Source: Patescibacteria group bacterium
Lineage (GTDB): Bacteria; Patescibacteriota; Microgenomatia; UBA1400; PJMF01
Reading direction: 5' to 3'
Length of the DNA stretch: 64,000 nucleotides
Assembly (NCBI GenBank): GCA_016861205.1
Contig: BOKX01000001.1
Location: forward strand, 603,434 to 667,433
Shown here: positions 37,616 to 46,503 of the stretch, in pieces
How positions within the stretch are numbered: the stretch's first letter is position 1
How the letters are laid out: every line of letters begins with the position of its first letter
Notes under the pieces: model-generated
Databases searched by the model: none
The model's input: only the letters and a program-made list of their open reading frames with translations
Told to the model about the DNA's origin: nothing
Program-made: the position numbers and the translations under genes

Positions 37616-38212
37616 ATGCTCAAACAGCTGACAACGTATCTCGACACGAAAAAATATCTGGTTTTTGACTTCGATCGGACCTTGGCGAAGATGGAGATTG
37701 ACTGGAATGGCTGGGTGACTGGCATGATCGACATTTTCGACCAATATGATGTCAACCACGGTTACCGACCAGAGAAAAATCCTCACGAGTACTATAACGC
37801 GTTGGTAAGCCGGTTTGGTCAACCGCTCGCCGATCAAGCCAAGGCATTTAATCAAGCCTACGAAGCTGAGTACCTGACTGGCTTCACCCCCAACGTGGAG
37901 TTGGTAGAGTTTGTCAAAAATCTGACCGACCACACGTTGTTCGTGTACTCATCGAACTCACGCCCCACTGTCCTCAGGGGTTTAGAAACACTGGGCATTG
38001 TAGAGTTGTTTACTCAAATCATCAGCAAAGATGACGTAACGTACGTCAAACCTCATCCCGAAGGGTTTTACTTAATCGAAAATTTTAGGCGCGACAAAGA
38101 TCAGTTTTTAATGATCGGCGACAGTAGCTCAGACCGCGGAGCAGCCCGAGCGGCAGAGATTGATTTTGTGGAGTGTCGGGTGTTTGAAAAGTACGAGGAA
38201 GAAGAAGAATAA
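37616..38212 (+). CDS. HAD-superfamily hydrolase
   Basis: Motif I FDFDRTL (DxDxT) and motif IV MIGDSSSDRGAA. Confidence 0.65.
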   Translation: MLKQLTTYLDTKKYLVFDFDRTLAKMEIDWNGWVTGMIDIFDQYDVNHGYRPEKNPHEYYNALVSRFGQPLADQAKAFNQAYEAEYLTGFTPNVELVEFVKNLTDHTLFVYSSNSRPTVLRGLETLGIVELFTQIISKDDVTYVKPHPEGFYLIENFRRDKDQFLMIGDSSSDRGAARAAEIDFVECRVFEKYEEEEE

Positions 38213-38228
38213 CAACCGCAACAACTCG

Positions 38229-38834
38229 TTACTTAGTGAGACGAAAAGTAGCTTGGATGGCTGTAATTTCTTGGGACCGGCTGCATTGAAATGCGTCTAG
38301 CTGTACACAAGCCGGATCATACTGGTTCGAGATATATACGTACTCCTCTGACTCAAACAGTGGTTGCACTTGTTTTCCTCCACGTTGGGTGTACTGCATC
38401 CACTTAGCTTTATCAAAAACTGAAATTTGTAGTATACAGGCTGGAATACTCCCCGCTCGCTCAAAGTAAAAACAAACATCTGTTAGATGGCCTGAATTTG
38501 ATTCATCCCTACCTAGGCTCGGCTCAGAAACCAGGTACCCTTGCCAAGTCGTCGGCAACTCCAACTCGAAACCCCACTGATCATTTTGGTAACGAAGACC
38601 CGTCGTGACTATTGACTCAGTTTCTTGCTGAACAGGCTGTGGTAGTTCTGGAACCATTTTACTTGGGTCTGGCTTCGAAAATCGCAGATACTTCATAGCT
38701 ACAAGAAGTGTTACCACGACAATCACAGCTAAAATCAACAGCTGCCTGGCTTGAATTGTGTTATTTTTTGGCGAGAATTTTTTGCCAGATTTCATACGTT
38801 TCATTGTGAACCACCTGGATTGAAAAAGGAACAC
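38229..38834 (-). CDS. Hypothetical membrane-anchored protein
   Basis: Basic N-terminus, one TM (LLILAVIVVVTLLVAM), then a ~140-aa soluble domain. No motif recognised. Confidence 0.35.
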   Translation of the reverse strand: MFLFQSRWFTMKRMKSGKKFSPKNNTIQARQLLILAVIVVVTLLVAMKYLRFSKPDPSKMVPELPQPVQQETESIVTTGLRYQNDQWGFELELPTTWQGYLVSEPSLGRDESNSGHLTDVCFYFERAGSIPACILQISVFDKAKWMQYTQRGGKQVQPLFESEEYVYISNQYDPACVQLDAFQCSRSQEITAIQATFRLTK

Positions 38835-38847
38835 ACAACGAATGTCA

Positions 38848-39156
38848 CTATTTCGCTCGGGTGCGTTTACTCAAAATGCCTTTGATTGAAGGACTGAGTT
38901 CTTTATCAGTGCGGTGAATACACCCGATCCAGCAACACGGTCGTCGCTTGCCTTCTTTGAGTTGCTTAACGGTCCGGGTAACATGCTCGCTGCGAGTGTC
39001 GGCTTTTTTGACAAAGGTTACCCAACAAATCCACTCGTTACGAGCCAACGGAGTCAGACCTTCCCACAACTTCAAGGCTTTAGCATCTGCTGATAGTGCC
39101 TGACGCAGATCACTGGGTAAAGTGTGGACAACGCCAGCGGAAATCTTTTGGGACAT
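38848..39156 (-). CDS. YdeI/OmpD-associated family protein
   Basis: LRQALSADAKALKLWEGLTPLARNEWICWVTFVKKADTRSEHVTRTVKQLKEGKRRPCCW is the YdeI-type pattern. Confidence 0.5.
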   Translation of the reverse strand: MSQKISAGVVHTLPSDLRQALSADAKALKLWEGLTPLARNEWICWVTFVKKADTRSEHVTRTVKQLKEGKRRPCCWIGCIHRTDKELSPSIKGILSKRTRAK

Positions 39157-39180
39157 AGGTTGATTATAGCTGACCGTTGG

Positions 39181-39531
39181 CTACTTGCGCAAAATAGTCT
39201 CCAAGCTTTTGCCTTTGGCTAGCTCATCAATCAGTTTGTCCAGATAGCGAATTTCTCGCATGGTAGGTTCTTTAATGTCTTCAACGCGCACCCCACAAAT
39301 TACCCCTTTAATGAGCGACCGAGCCGGGTTGAGCTGTGGTGCGTTAGCGAAAAAGGTTTGAAAATCTGTTTGCTGGTCGATTTGGGTTACAAGCTGTTTT
39401 GGCGTGTAGCCAGTTAACCAACAAATGATAGTGTCGACCTCAGCTTTGGTGCGTCCCTTGCGTTCAGCCTTGGCCACATATAGCGGATAAACACTAGCAA
39501 AACTGGTGGTGTAGATACGGTGGTTTGACAT
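39181..39531 (-). CDS. DUF2200 family protein
   Basis: N-terminus [38 protein letters not shown] matches the DUF2200 consensus I remember. Confidence 0.6.
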   Translation of the reverse strand: MSNHRIYTTSFASVYPLYVAKAERKGRTKAEVDTIICWLTGYTPKQLVTQIDQQTDFQTFFANAPQLNPARSLIKGVICGVRVEDIKEPTMREIRYLDKLIDELAKGKSLETILRK

Positions 39532-39560
39532 TACTCAAAATGGTAACACATCACTGCTAA

Positions 39561-40421
39561 TTAGGCGGCTGTGATTAAAATGTACGAACCCACCAACGCA
39601 ATTAACGAGGCGATTATCTTGCGAGCGACGTTGTCTTTCTCACCGAGCAGCAAAATACCCAGCATCACTGTTAGTAATGTAGATGTTTGGAGAATCGGAA
39701 TCACTTTGGTGGCATCAGCCAAAAGCAAAGCTTTGAGCTGTAGCAGGTACGCGACCACATTCACACCCGCTAGCACGATGACTTTCCACGAGGCAACTTT
39801 GAACTCATACTTAATTTCACTCAACTTCACGTACGGAAAATAAATACCGATAAGTGGCACAATCCAAACCAGAATTTGGTATGTGTCGGGGTTGAAGTAC
39901 AGTGAGCCTTTTTTATCTAAGGCCCACCCCAAGGCCAACACACTGTACACGGCCAATGCTACGGCCACCCCTTTCAACGAGATACTTTGCTTGTGCTTAG
40001 CTAAACTAATCAAAACCAGAGCAACTAAAATCAGACAAGCGCCAATTAATTTACCCAATGACAATGTTTCGTGATACAAAAACAGTGAAAAAATAAAGGC
40101 AAACGCAACCGAGATGTTAGACACAATGGTCAGCACAGAGGCATCAAGCATTTTAGCAATCACAAATCGCCAGCGTTCGTATATGGCATAGGATGAGCAT
40201 GCTATGGCGAGAAAAATCCAGGCGGCTGGCTCAGTTGGTAACGAGAAGTTTTTGTACGAGCCAGTTATGAAAAACACCACCAGTGATAACAGAACTGCCC
40301 ACAGATTAAAAACAATCGCAGTGGCTCGAGGGTATTCAGCATTGATGGCAATTTTGCGCTGCAATAAATTGAGCGATGTAAACAATGTCAGCGACGAGGC
40401 AGCTAAAAACACCCAACTCAT
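39561..40421 (-). CDS. EamA-family (DMT superfamily) transporter
   Basis: Ten hydrophobic segments arranged as two EamA repeats. Confidence 0.65.
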   Translation of the reverse strand: MSWVFLAASSLTLFTSLNLLQRKIAINAEYPRATAIVFNLWAVLLSLVVFFITGSYKNFSLPTEPAAWIFLAIACSSYAIYERWRFVIAKMLDASVLTIVSNISVAFAFIFSLFLYHETLSLGKLIGACLILVALVLISLAKHKQSISLKGVAVALAVYSVLALGWALDKKGSLYFNPDTYQILVWIVPLIGIYFPYVKLSEIKYEFKVASWKVIVLAGVNVVAYLLQLKALLLADATKVIPILQTSTLLTVMLGILLLGEKDNVARKIIASLIALVGSYILITAA

Positions 40422-40458
40422 AGGCGTGAGTATACTCCTCGGTGGTCACTGACGGAAG

Positions 40459-40764
40459 CTAAATCAACCCGGACATTAGCAGGACCAAAATCACCGCTGT
40501 GATGGCAGCGAAGATGCCTACTGTCTGGGCAAAAAGATTCAGAGCGGCCTTTTTCTTGCCGTCAATCAAGAGCTGGAGTGGTTGAAACAAAAACAGGTAC
40601 GCCATGACTGCCGCCGACAACGTGAACATCGAGATTACGAACAACGGGGCGCCGAACGTATCTGGTTTGTTGCTCAAGGTTTGGGAAATGTAGTTCATGA
40701 TCGTCACCACCAGCAAAATGTAGGCCGAAGCACTGGCGGCGTTGATGAGCGGGTTTTTTGTCAT
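40459..40764 (-). CDS. Small three-TM membrane protein
   Basis: 101 aa, three hydrophobic helices. Downstream of the HTH regulator in the same orientation. Confidence 0.35.
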   Translation of the reverse strand: MTKNPLINAASASAYILLVVTIMNYISQTLSNKPDTFGAPLFVISMFTLSAAVMAYLFLFQPLQLLIDGKKKAALNLFAQTVGIFAAITAVILVLLMSGLI

Positions 40765-40802
40765 ATCGTAATAATAGCAGACCTATCCGCCTTTACGGAT
40801 AA

Positions 40803-41015
40803 TTAATTAGTATCGCTTTTATACTCAATGATGTCACCAGGTTGGCAGTCTAAGGCGCGGCAGATGGCTTCTAGAGTGGAAAAGCGAATGGCTCTGGCCT
40901 TGCCATTTTTCAAAATGGACAGATTGGCCATGGTGATGCCCACCTTTTCGGTCAGTTCAGTCACACTCATTTTGCGCTTGGCCAACATGACGTCGATATT
41001 GATGATGATTGCCAT
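40803..41015 (-). CDS. XRE-family HTH regulator (YozG-like, 70 aa)
   Basis: MSVTELTEKVGITMANLSILKNGKARAIRFSTLEAICRALDCQPGDIIEY. Confidence 0.7.
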   Translation of the reverse strand: MAIIINIDVMLAKRKMSVTELTEKVGITMANLSILKNGKARAIRFSTLEAICRALDCQPGDIIEYKSDTN

Positions 41016-41024
41016 ACGGTTACC

Positions 41025-41510
41025 TTAAACTGTTAAGTCATTCTCCGATTTTAGGTCAACTGCATTTTGAAAAAGCTTTTGAAAAACTGCGGCGGCGGTG
41101 GCAATCACAGCCACTGCGAAAGAAACAATAATGCCCAACATGGTGGGACCGGCCGCATCATCACCCTGAGCAAAGACACGGATGTACACTAGTGCCACTG
41201 CGATAAAACCGATCAAACACAGCGAAGCTCTTTTCATATTGCGGAGGGCAGTGACTGCGCTCTCGGAAAAAGCTCGGTTCGCATCAATCAAGTTCAGCAG
41301 TTTGATGGCTTGATACAGCCCAACAAAAAATGGCGTGGCGGCAATATAGGTGTACAGAATAAATGGATCAGTGTAGATACTGACCAGATTCAAATTGGCG
41401 GCTCTCCCCTCTGATTGAGGAAACCAGGCTAAACCAGCAACTACTCCTAGAGCGATCAAAACAATGACCGCCTTCAAAAACAGAGTCGAGCCTTTTTTCA
41501 TAGACAGCAT
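41025..41510 (-). CDS. DUF2975-like membrane protein
   Basis: Four TM segments. The DUF2975 gene upstream of a YozG-like HTH is a common two-gene module. Confidence 0.45.
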   Translation of the reverse strand: MLSMKKGSTLFLKAVIVLIALGVVAGLAWFPQSEGRAANLNLVSIYTDPFILYTYIAATPFFVGLYQAIKLLNLIDANRAFSESAVTALRNMKRASLCLIGFIAVALVYIRVFAQGDDAAGPTMLGIIVSFAVAVIATAAAVFQKLFQNAVDLKSENDLTV

Positions 41511-41609
41511 CCAAGTTACTTATTGATACCGGCTATTCTAGCAAAGCATTTATCGATTGTCAATAAATTATTATTGTTACTCGTTTGATGCAGTTCGTTG
41601 TCTTTACCG

Positions 41610-42059
41610 CTAGTACTCAGCGATGACGATCTTCTTTTGGTTGAGCATGATCTCAAACGCACCCGGTTTTTGCATCAACTCTTCCATGTTTTCCGGCACA
41701 ATTTGCCAGCTCAAACCGTACTTATCCTTGCACCAGCCACATTGTTCGGAGCTGGGTACTGCCGAGAGTTGACTCCAGTAGTAGTCAATTTCGGCTTGAT
41801 CTTTACACATCACAGCCATGGAAATTGCTTCGGTAAACTTGAAGTCGTTGCCGGCGTTGATCGCTACAAACCGTTGGCCAAGCAACTCAAAGTCGACGGT
41901 CAAAACTTTACCAGCGAAATCTTTTTGAAAATCAGCCAATCCCTCCTTGGGATAGTAGGCCGTGCTCAACACTCGGCTATCTTTAAAGACTGACGTGTAA
42001 AACTCGACAGCCTCACTGGCGTTACCGGCAAACCAGAGGTTGGGGATGATTTTTTGCAT
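41610..42059 (-). CDS. VOC-family protein (3-demethylubiquinone-9 3-methyltransferase-like / PhnB)
   Basis: MQKIIPNLWFAGNASEAVEFYTSVF...FVAINAG...WCKDKYGLSWQIVP. Confidence 0.65.
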   Translation of the reverse strand: MQKIIPNLWFAGNASEAVEFYTSVFKDSRVLSTAYYPKEGLADFQKDFAGKVLTVDFELLGQRFVAINAGNDFKFTEAISMAVMCKDQAEIDYYWSQLSAVPSSEQCGWCKDKYGLSWQIVPENMEELMQKPGAFEIMLNQKKIVIAEY

Positions 42060-42126
42060 CTGCAGTCTCCTATGGGAGTGTTGGTAGTAAGGCAGTATAG
42101 CAGAAGTGCAATCTGATACTCATGCT

Positions 42127-42630
42127 TTATCGTTCCAGCTTTTTGCGCAACTCATCGATGACCGCTGCCTCCCAATACTTCATGGAAAACCAACCGATCA
42201 ATGGCCGGGCCACAATCCGCAACCAACGTTTATGAATGTTCACTTGATAGGTGTACTGAATCAGGGTGCCACCTGTCTGCTCGGACAATAACAACTCTTC
42301 ATGGCCAGAGGTTCCGAACTTGGGGCTTTCGTTGTCTGAAGTAAAACCTTTACCCGGCAAAATCTGGGTGTGCATCTTAACGGGAAACTCGCGACCGAAT
42401 GACTTGACAGTGGCTGCCATCTCCAGAGCGTTGCCCTGGCGCTTCACAACCCGAATGCCCGCGGCCACTTTGGGAAACAGCTCCGGCCAGTGTTCAAAGT
42501 CGGTCATGATGTCAAAGACTTGAGAAAGTGGGGCTTTAATCAGCCACTGAGCTTGGAGGGTAATGTCGGCGGGCATAAGAAGATGATAGCAGAAAATGTG
42601 GGACTCATCGAATTTTATTGATTGAATCAA
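42127..42630 (-). CDS. SRPBCC (START/polyketide-cyclase-like) family protein
   Basis: IKAPLSQVFDIMTDFEHWPELFP is the Polyketide_cyc2-type N-terminus. The true start is probably the internal MPADIT (42576). Confidence 0.55.
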   Translation of the reverse strand: MIQSIKFDESHIFCYHLLMPADITLQAQWLIKAPLSQVFDIMTDFEHWPELFPKVAAGIRVVKRQGNALEMAATVKSFGREFPVKMHTQILPGKGFTSDNESPKFGTSGHEELLLSEQTGGTLIQYTYQVNIHKRWLRIVARPLIGWFSMKYWEAAVIDELRKKLER

Positions 42631-43722
42631 TTAAGTTCGAGAACCCAACTGCCTACTCACCTCATCTACTGCTCGGGACATCTCTTCGATCTTGGCAGCG
42701 ATATTACCGACATTTAAACTTAGTCCGTTGATCGCCCGACTAATCGTATAAGCATCTTGAGCAGTTGAATATGTGTTGGCACTAATTTCTCTTGTGTTCC
42801 GTGCAATCTCTGTCGTACTTTTATCTATATTCCTTAAGCGTTCAATTTTTTCAATCTCTAAATTGGCTAAGGAGATAAGTGCTTCAACTCTTTGCTTCAG
42901 GTCTGTTAAAACTAAAAAGCCATAGTCTTGAATTGGCAAATCTTGTCCCAGAGCTTTTAATTTTGTTTTTACTAAATCAAATCCAGGAGTTTTGACTTGA
43001 GATCGCCAATTTTCTAATTGATGAGGATAGAAAGGCTCTGGAAGATCAGCTAAATACTGTTCTACCAAACAGCTAAGCAAGTCTTCCCTACGCTCGAAGA
43101 AGGGACGACCATAACTTATCATTGAACATGAATACTGGGGGACACCTTTTTTAGAGAATCCAAAATCTACACACAATTTATAGGGCTCATCAATTCTTTT
43201 TCTTTCTGACTTACCCTTATTGATTGGCAACCGGTGATCATAAAATATCGTAGAAATTGCCGCAGCATTTTCTAACCAGCGGCCAACTATACCATCAGTT
43301 ACATCATCTGCTGACGTAATTCCTTTTTTGACTTGCTCTAACATGTATTCACGGACTTTCTTCTCCCAATCCGAATGTGAGGGGTAAGGACGACGAAGCC
43401 AAGAAAGTATCCCATAGGGCAGATCAGTTGCCCCCGAACTAACACTAAAAACACTCCCCCATCTCTGCTGGCAAGCACCATTTATCTTATCAGTTAGTGC
43501 CTTAACGGCTTCATTTAAAGTCTCATCCTGTAAAAATCTCTCGGCATCTTGAAATCTGTTATCTGTCTCGAGCCGCGCTCGAAGTAGCTGATCTACTTCA
43601 GGGTATATGGCGTCTACTATGGTCTCTACTTCTTTCGCTTTGGCGGCGGCTGGATCCTTTATCATTCTCTGGGCATCAACTAAATCTTGAAAACTAGGTC
43701 CTTTTTTCGATTCGTGTGACAT
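42631..43722 (-). CDS. Hypothetical protein, island gene 3 (coiled-coil C-terminus)
   Basis: Low-GC ORF. Start placed at MSHESKK (cat 43720-43722) with a GAAAGGGA Shine-Dalgarno. The C-terminal ~90 aa is heptad-like (LANLEIEKIERLRNIDKSTTEIARNTREISANTYSTAQDAYTISRAINGLSLNVGNIAAKIEEMSRAVDEVSRQL). No known domain. Confidence 0.45.
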   Translation of the reverse strand: MSHESKKGPSFQDLVDAQRMIKDPAAAKAKEVETIVDAIYPEVDQLLRARLETDNRFQDAERFLQDETLNEAVKALTDKINGACQQRWGSVFSVSSGATDLPYGILSWLRRPYPSHSDWEKKVREYMLEQVKKGITSADDVTDGIVGRWLENAAAISTIFYDHRLPINKGKSERKRIDEPYKLCVDFGFSKKGVPQYSCSMISYGRPFFERREDLLSCLVEQYLADLPEPFYPHQLENWRSQVKTPGFDLVKTKLKALGQDLPIQDYGFLVLTDLKQRVEALISLANLEIEKIERLRNIDKSTTEIARNTREISANTYSTAQDAYTISRAINGLSLNVGNIAAKIEEMSRAVDEVSRQLGSRT

Positions 43723-43934
43723 AGTCCCTTTCAAAAGCGCATCGCTATTAAGAAACAATATTTTTTTAGTGCAAAATAAGTAGTGGCATTATATCACTGT
43801 GATATAGTTAGCAGTCTGCGACCGGCACAACTGCCATGTTCTTCGTCAGAACGGATATATTCATGAAACCATAACTTAGTGGTACTCAATTCAATTTGGC
43901 TCCCCGCCGTGGCAGAAATCAGGAACTGCTTTTT

Positions 43935-44954
43935 TTAAGAAAATTGTATATGGATATCTTTTAAAAGCTGACAGTTGCAACTCAAAGACTGACCACTACA
44001 CCTTGGGCATTGCTCTACATCACAACCAAAACAATGGTACTGCCCAAGAACAGCAAAACAGTCATGACATGAATTTTTTTCAGTTGATTCAATCCAGGTT
44101 ATTTTTCCCCCATCAACTTTCATTTCATCTGGTTCATCAAATTTCTCGTATCCATATTTTATTCTTCTAAACCTCTTTCCATGTAAAATAATTGTTTTTT
44201 CTTTTTGTGATTTATCAAACTCTTCATAGTATTGAAAATATGCGTAAAGTTTCATGGAAACATTGTTGAGCTCTTCAGTTGGGAAACCTGATTCTAACCT
44301 ATGCAACCCTTTGGTTCTGTTGCTATGAATTTTTTCAAAAGCTTTTCTAATTTCCCCATCCATACCCACACCTAATTTGTAAACTTCGTTGAGTAGAATA
44401 CCAAAGCGACCACTTTTCTCACCCGGCTTATGTCCATTTTTCTCAAGTAGAAATCTCGTCAGAAAACTATCGGCATCTTTTATATAATCCCAATTACTTA
44501 TTATTCCCATATCCCACCTTCTGAAAATAACTTCATACTCATGAGAAAAGGGGTCAGTAAAGGCACCTGGAATATAGTTGAATTGATTCAATTTTCCTAA
44601 AACATGCTTTTTTAAATACTTACTATATGGGTTTTCGAATCTGTGCTCAAGAAGTTGCTGATAGAGTGGAATGATTGCTTGATCCAAGACAGCTTCTCTA
44701 TTTTTCTTATCCAGAGCACATGAGTAGTAGTAAAGTCCTCTATTGAGAATCATCTCTTGCAACAGAGCATCAATAGAACCAGTTTGTCCATCAACAATAA
44801 TGTTGAAGCGCCCTCTGCCCAGATATTCAAAAGTAAATTTTGTATTTCTTGAATACCTCTTGCCCACTTGATTCAAAAATTCTAGAAAATTAATAGCGTG
44901 TGTGTGATATTTTGCTTTTACATTAATTATTTGATCGTATCCTGCCATATTCAC
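43935..44954 (-). CDS. Hypothetical protein, island gene 2 (C-terminal Cys cluster, zinc-ribbon-like)
   Basis: Very AT-rich ORF (~32% GC in sampled stretches). C-terminus CHDCFAVLGQYHCFGCDVEQCPRCSGQSLSCNC carries 10 Cys in 33 aa. No known domain. Confidence 0.45.
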   Translation of the reverse strand: MNMAGYDQIINVKAKYHTHAINFLEFLNQVGKRYSRNTKFTFEYLGRGRFNIIVDGQTGSIDALLQEMILNRGLYYYSCALDKKNREAVLDQAIIPLYQQLLEHRFENPYSKYLKKHVLGKLNQFNYIPGAFTDPFSHEYEVIFRRWDMGIISNWDYIKDADSFLTRFLLEKNGHKPGEKSGRFGILLNEVYKLGVGMDGEIRKAFEKIHSNRTKGLHRLESGFPTEELNNVSMKLYAYFQYYEEFDKSQKEKTIILHGKRFRRIKYGYEKFDEPDEMKVDGGKITWIESTEKNSCHDCFAVLGQYHCFGCDVEQCPRCSGQSLSCNCQLLKDIHIQFS

Positions 44955-45068
44955 AGAATTATATTGTAGATTTAGTCCAACAAAAGGTTCAAGCGTCTAA
45001 GACAGGGTAAGCTTTTTACTTGAGGGGGAAACGTTGCTCCATGTATGGAACTTTATCCGATCGCTGAA

Positions 45069-46145
45069 TTAAGCTGGCATTATTTTGACAAAACCCATCG
45101 CAATCAGCTCCTTGAGTAAATCCATAGCTTTTGCTTCCAATGCTCCTCCTGGAAAGTTGATGTAACCAAGGTCACTAAAGTCGCTCGGCAAATTCACTCC
45201 GTCTTCTTTAAAAATTATTACCTTTTCACCATAAAGCACGCTTGCTGCTCCCAATTCAAACACGACATTTGCATTTGGTTGAACAATATTTGAATCACCA
45301 TCAGTTGCTTCATCTTTTGACGAAAAAATAAAAATTGCTGAGCCACATTCGTGCATTGTATCTCTAACTTTTTGAGAAACAGGTCTGCCAGAGTGTGCTT
45401 CATGAATAGCAACTTTATGAGGAATGCCAAATTGATTTAATATTTTTTCTAGCTGAGTAAGCGGTTGCCTGTCCTTACCATGAGCTATGAAAATAGGCTT
45501 AAGGATATTTGATTTTGATTCTTCCTCTGGATTAATAACTTCTTGAGCTAAAATTTCTTGTTGATTCTCCTCAATTTCTAACTCTGTATTTTCTCCTAAA
45601 TCGGGGTCACTTTCCTCGCTGCCATTCAACATTACGTACAAAGAACCACTTATGTCGCGTATAATTCCTGTGTATTTTCCATTTTCAAGCAAGAGAGAAA
45701 CTGCTTCTTCACTAAATTCTCGAGATACATTGAATGTGACTTCTAATGTGTTTTTAAAAAAATCACCTTGAGGAAACTTGTTGTTTTGATAGTGACTATA
45801 GACTTTACTGAACAGTTCTGGCGTTAGGACAGCTTGTTTTTTTGCTTCATTTCTTTGTGCTTCAGAGAGTGGCTGAGTTATTTTCTTTCCTAAATCGGTG
45901 AGCTCAATGTTTTCAGCTTTTTCTGTTCCAAGTGTCAAACCATATTTGAAAGAGCAACTTAATAAGTCTCGAAAATTTGTACTCAAGGGTTTTATTCCTA
46001 AAGCATTTGCCAATAACAAGCGATTCATTGGCTTCCCAGCATTTTGATTTTGTATAGTCTCTGCAATTTTCAAAGACTCTTGTAAGGAATAAAGAGGAAA
46101 AGGTCTAACCCTTCTAGTTTTCTTCTGTTTATCTGCTGTCTCCAT
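45069..46145 (-). CDS. Island gene 1: two-domain protein with C-terminal TIR-like (COG4271/PF10137-type) nucleotide-binding domain
   Basis: The C-terminal ~130 aa (PIFIAHGKDRQPL...CGSAIFIFSSKDEATDGDS...NANVVFELGAASVLYGEKVIIFKEDGVNLPSDFSDLGYINF) follows the TIR-like consensus as I recall it (VFIVHG..., AIVLLTPDD, NVIFELGYF, VELPSDLxG). The N-terminal ~210 aa is unassigned. Confidence 0.5.
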   Translation of the reverse strand: METADKQKKTRRVRPFPLYSLQESLKIAETIQNQNAGKPMNRLLLANALGIKPLSTNFRDLLSCSFKYGLTLGTEKAENIELTDLGKKITQPLSEAQRNEAKKQAVLTPELFSKVYSHYQNNKFPQGDFFKNTLEVTFNVSREFSEEAVSLLLENGKYTGIIRDISGSLYVMLNGSEESDPDLGENTELEIEENQQEILAQEVINPEEESKSNILKPIFIAHGKDRQPLTQLEKILNQFGIPHKVAIHEAHSGRPVSQKVRDTMHECGSAIFIFSSKDEATDGDSNIVQPNANVVFELGAASVLYGEKVIIFKEDGVNLPSDFSDLGYINFPGGALEAKAMDLLKELIAMGFVKIMPA

Positions 46146-46191
46146 ACTCTACCTTTCTTGGGCAGAAATTTGGTCCGGATAAGCAACAGGT

Positions 46192-46266
46192 GGCTCCCCG
46201 ACTAGGACTCGAACCTAGAACCTTTTCGTTAACAGCGAATTGCTCTGCCATTGAGCTATCGGGGAA
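46192..46266 (-). tRNA. tRNA-Asn (anticodon GUU), CCA encoded
   Basis: Hand-folded cloverleaf: acceptor TCCCCGA/TCGGGGA, D-arm GCTC-AATGGCA-GAGC, anticodon arm ATTCG-CTGTTAA-CGAAA (U33, GUU, A37), T-arm CTAGG-TTCGAGT-CCTAG, discriminator G, CCA; 75 nt. TACAAT -10-like hexamer about 12 nt upstream. Confidence 0.85.
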
Positions 46267-46503
46267 TGTTAACTCGGGTATTGTAGCAAACCTGCAGCCA
46301 CCTTGCCAGCCCTGCTGGCCACTGATTTGAGCCAAACTCTGCTCCGCCACGCTCCGCAGATACCCTACTTTAACTTCAAATAATTCTACATTTGACATAT
46401 TTCTTACACATTGTGTCAGCCGCGTTCAAGGATTAAACTCCACAATTATAAGAAAATATTCTATTACTATCTGCCGCAGGTCGGCTAGAAACCTGCAGAA
46501 CCT

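Noticed and set aside
42560-42700. Possible att-like direct repeat of the tRNA-Asn 3' end at the far boundary of the AT-rich island
   Set aside because: Only 6-8-nt partial similarities (ggactc...tcgaa; gttcgag in the opposite orientation) were found by eye, no better than chance. No integrase is present either. The island boundary is therefore defined only by composition and gene content.
46129-46398. Track ORF (89 aa, minus strand) spanning the tRNA-Asn gene
   Set aside because: It overlaps the hand-folded tRNA-Asn (46192-46266) completely, and its translation (…EQFAVNEKVLGSSPSRG…) is simply the tRNA read as protein.
46270-46500. Possible small structured RNA (SRP/6S/tmRNA-like) in the 230-bp spacer upstream of tRNA-Asn
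   Set aside because: None of the conserved SRP-RNA or tmRNA sequence motifs I know are present. The region is better described by a tRNA promoter-like TACAAT, a small GC hairpin and a 10-bp direct repeat.
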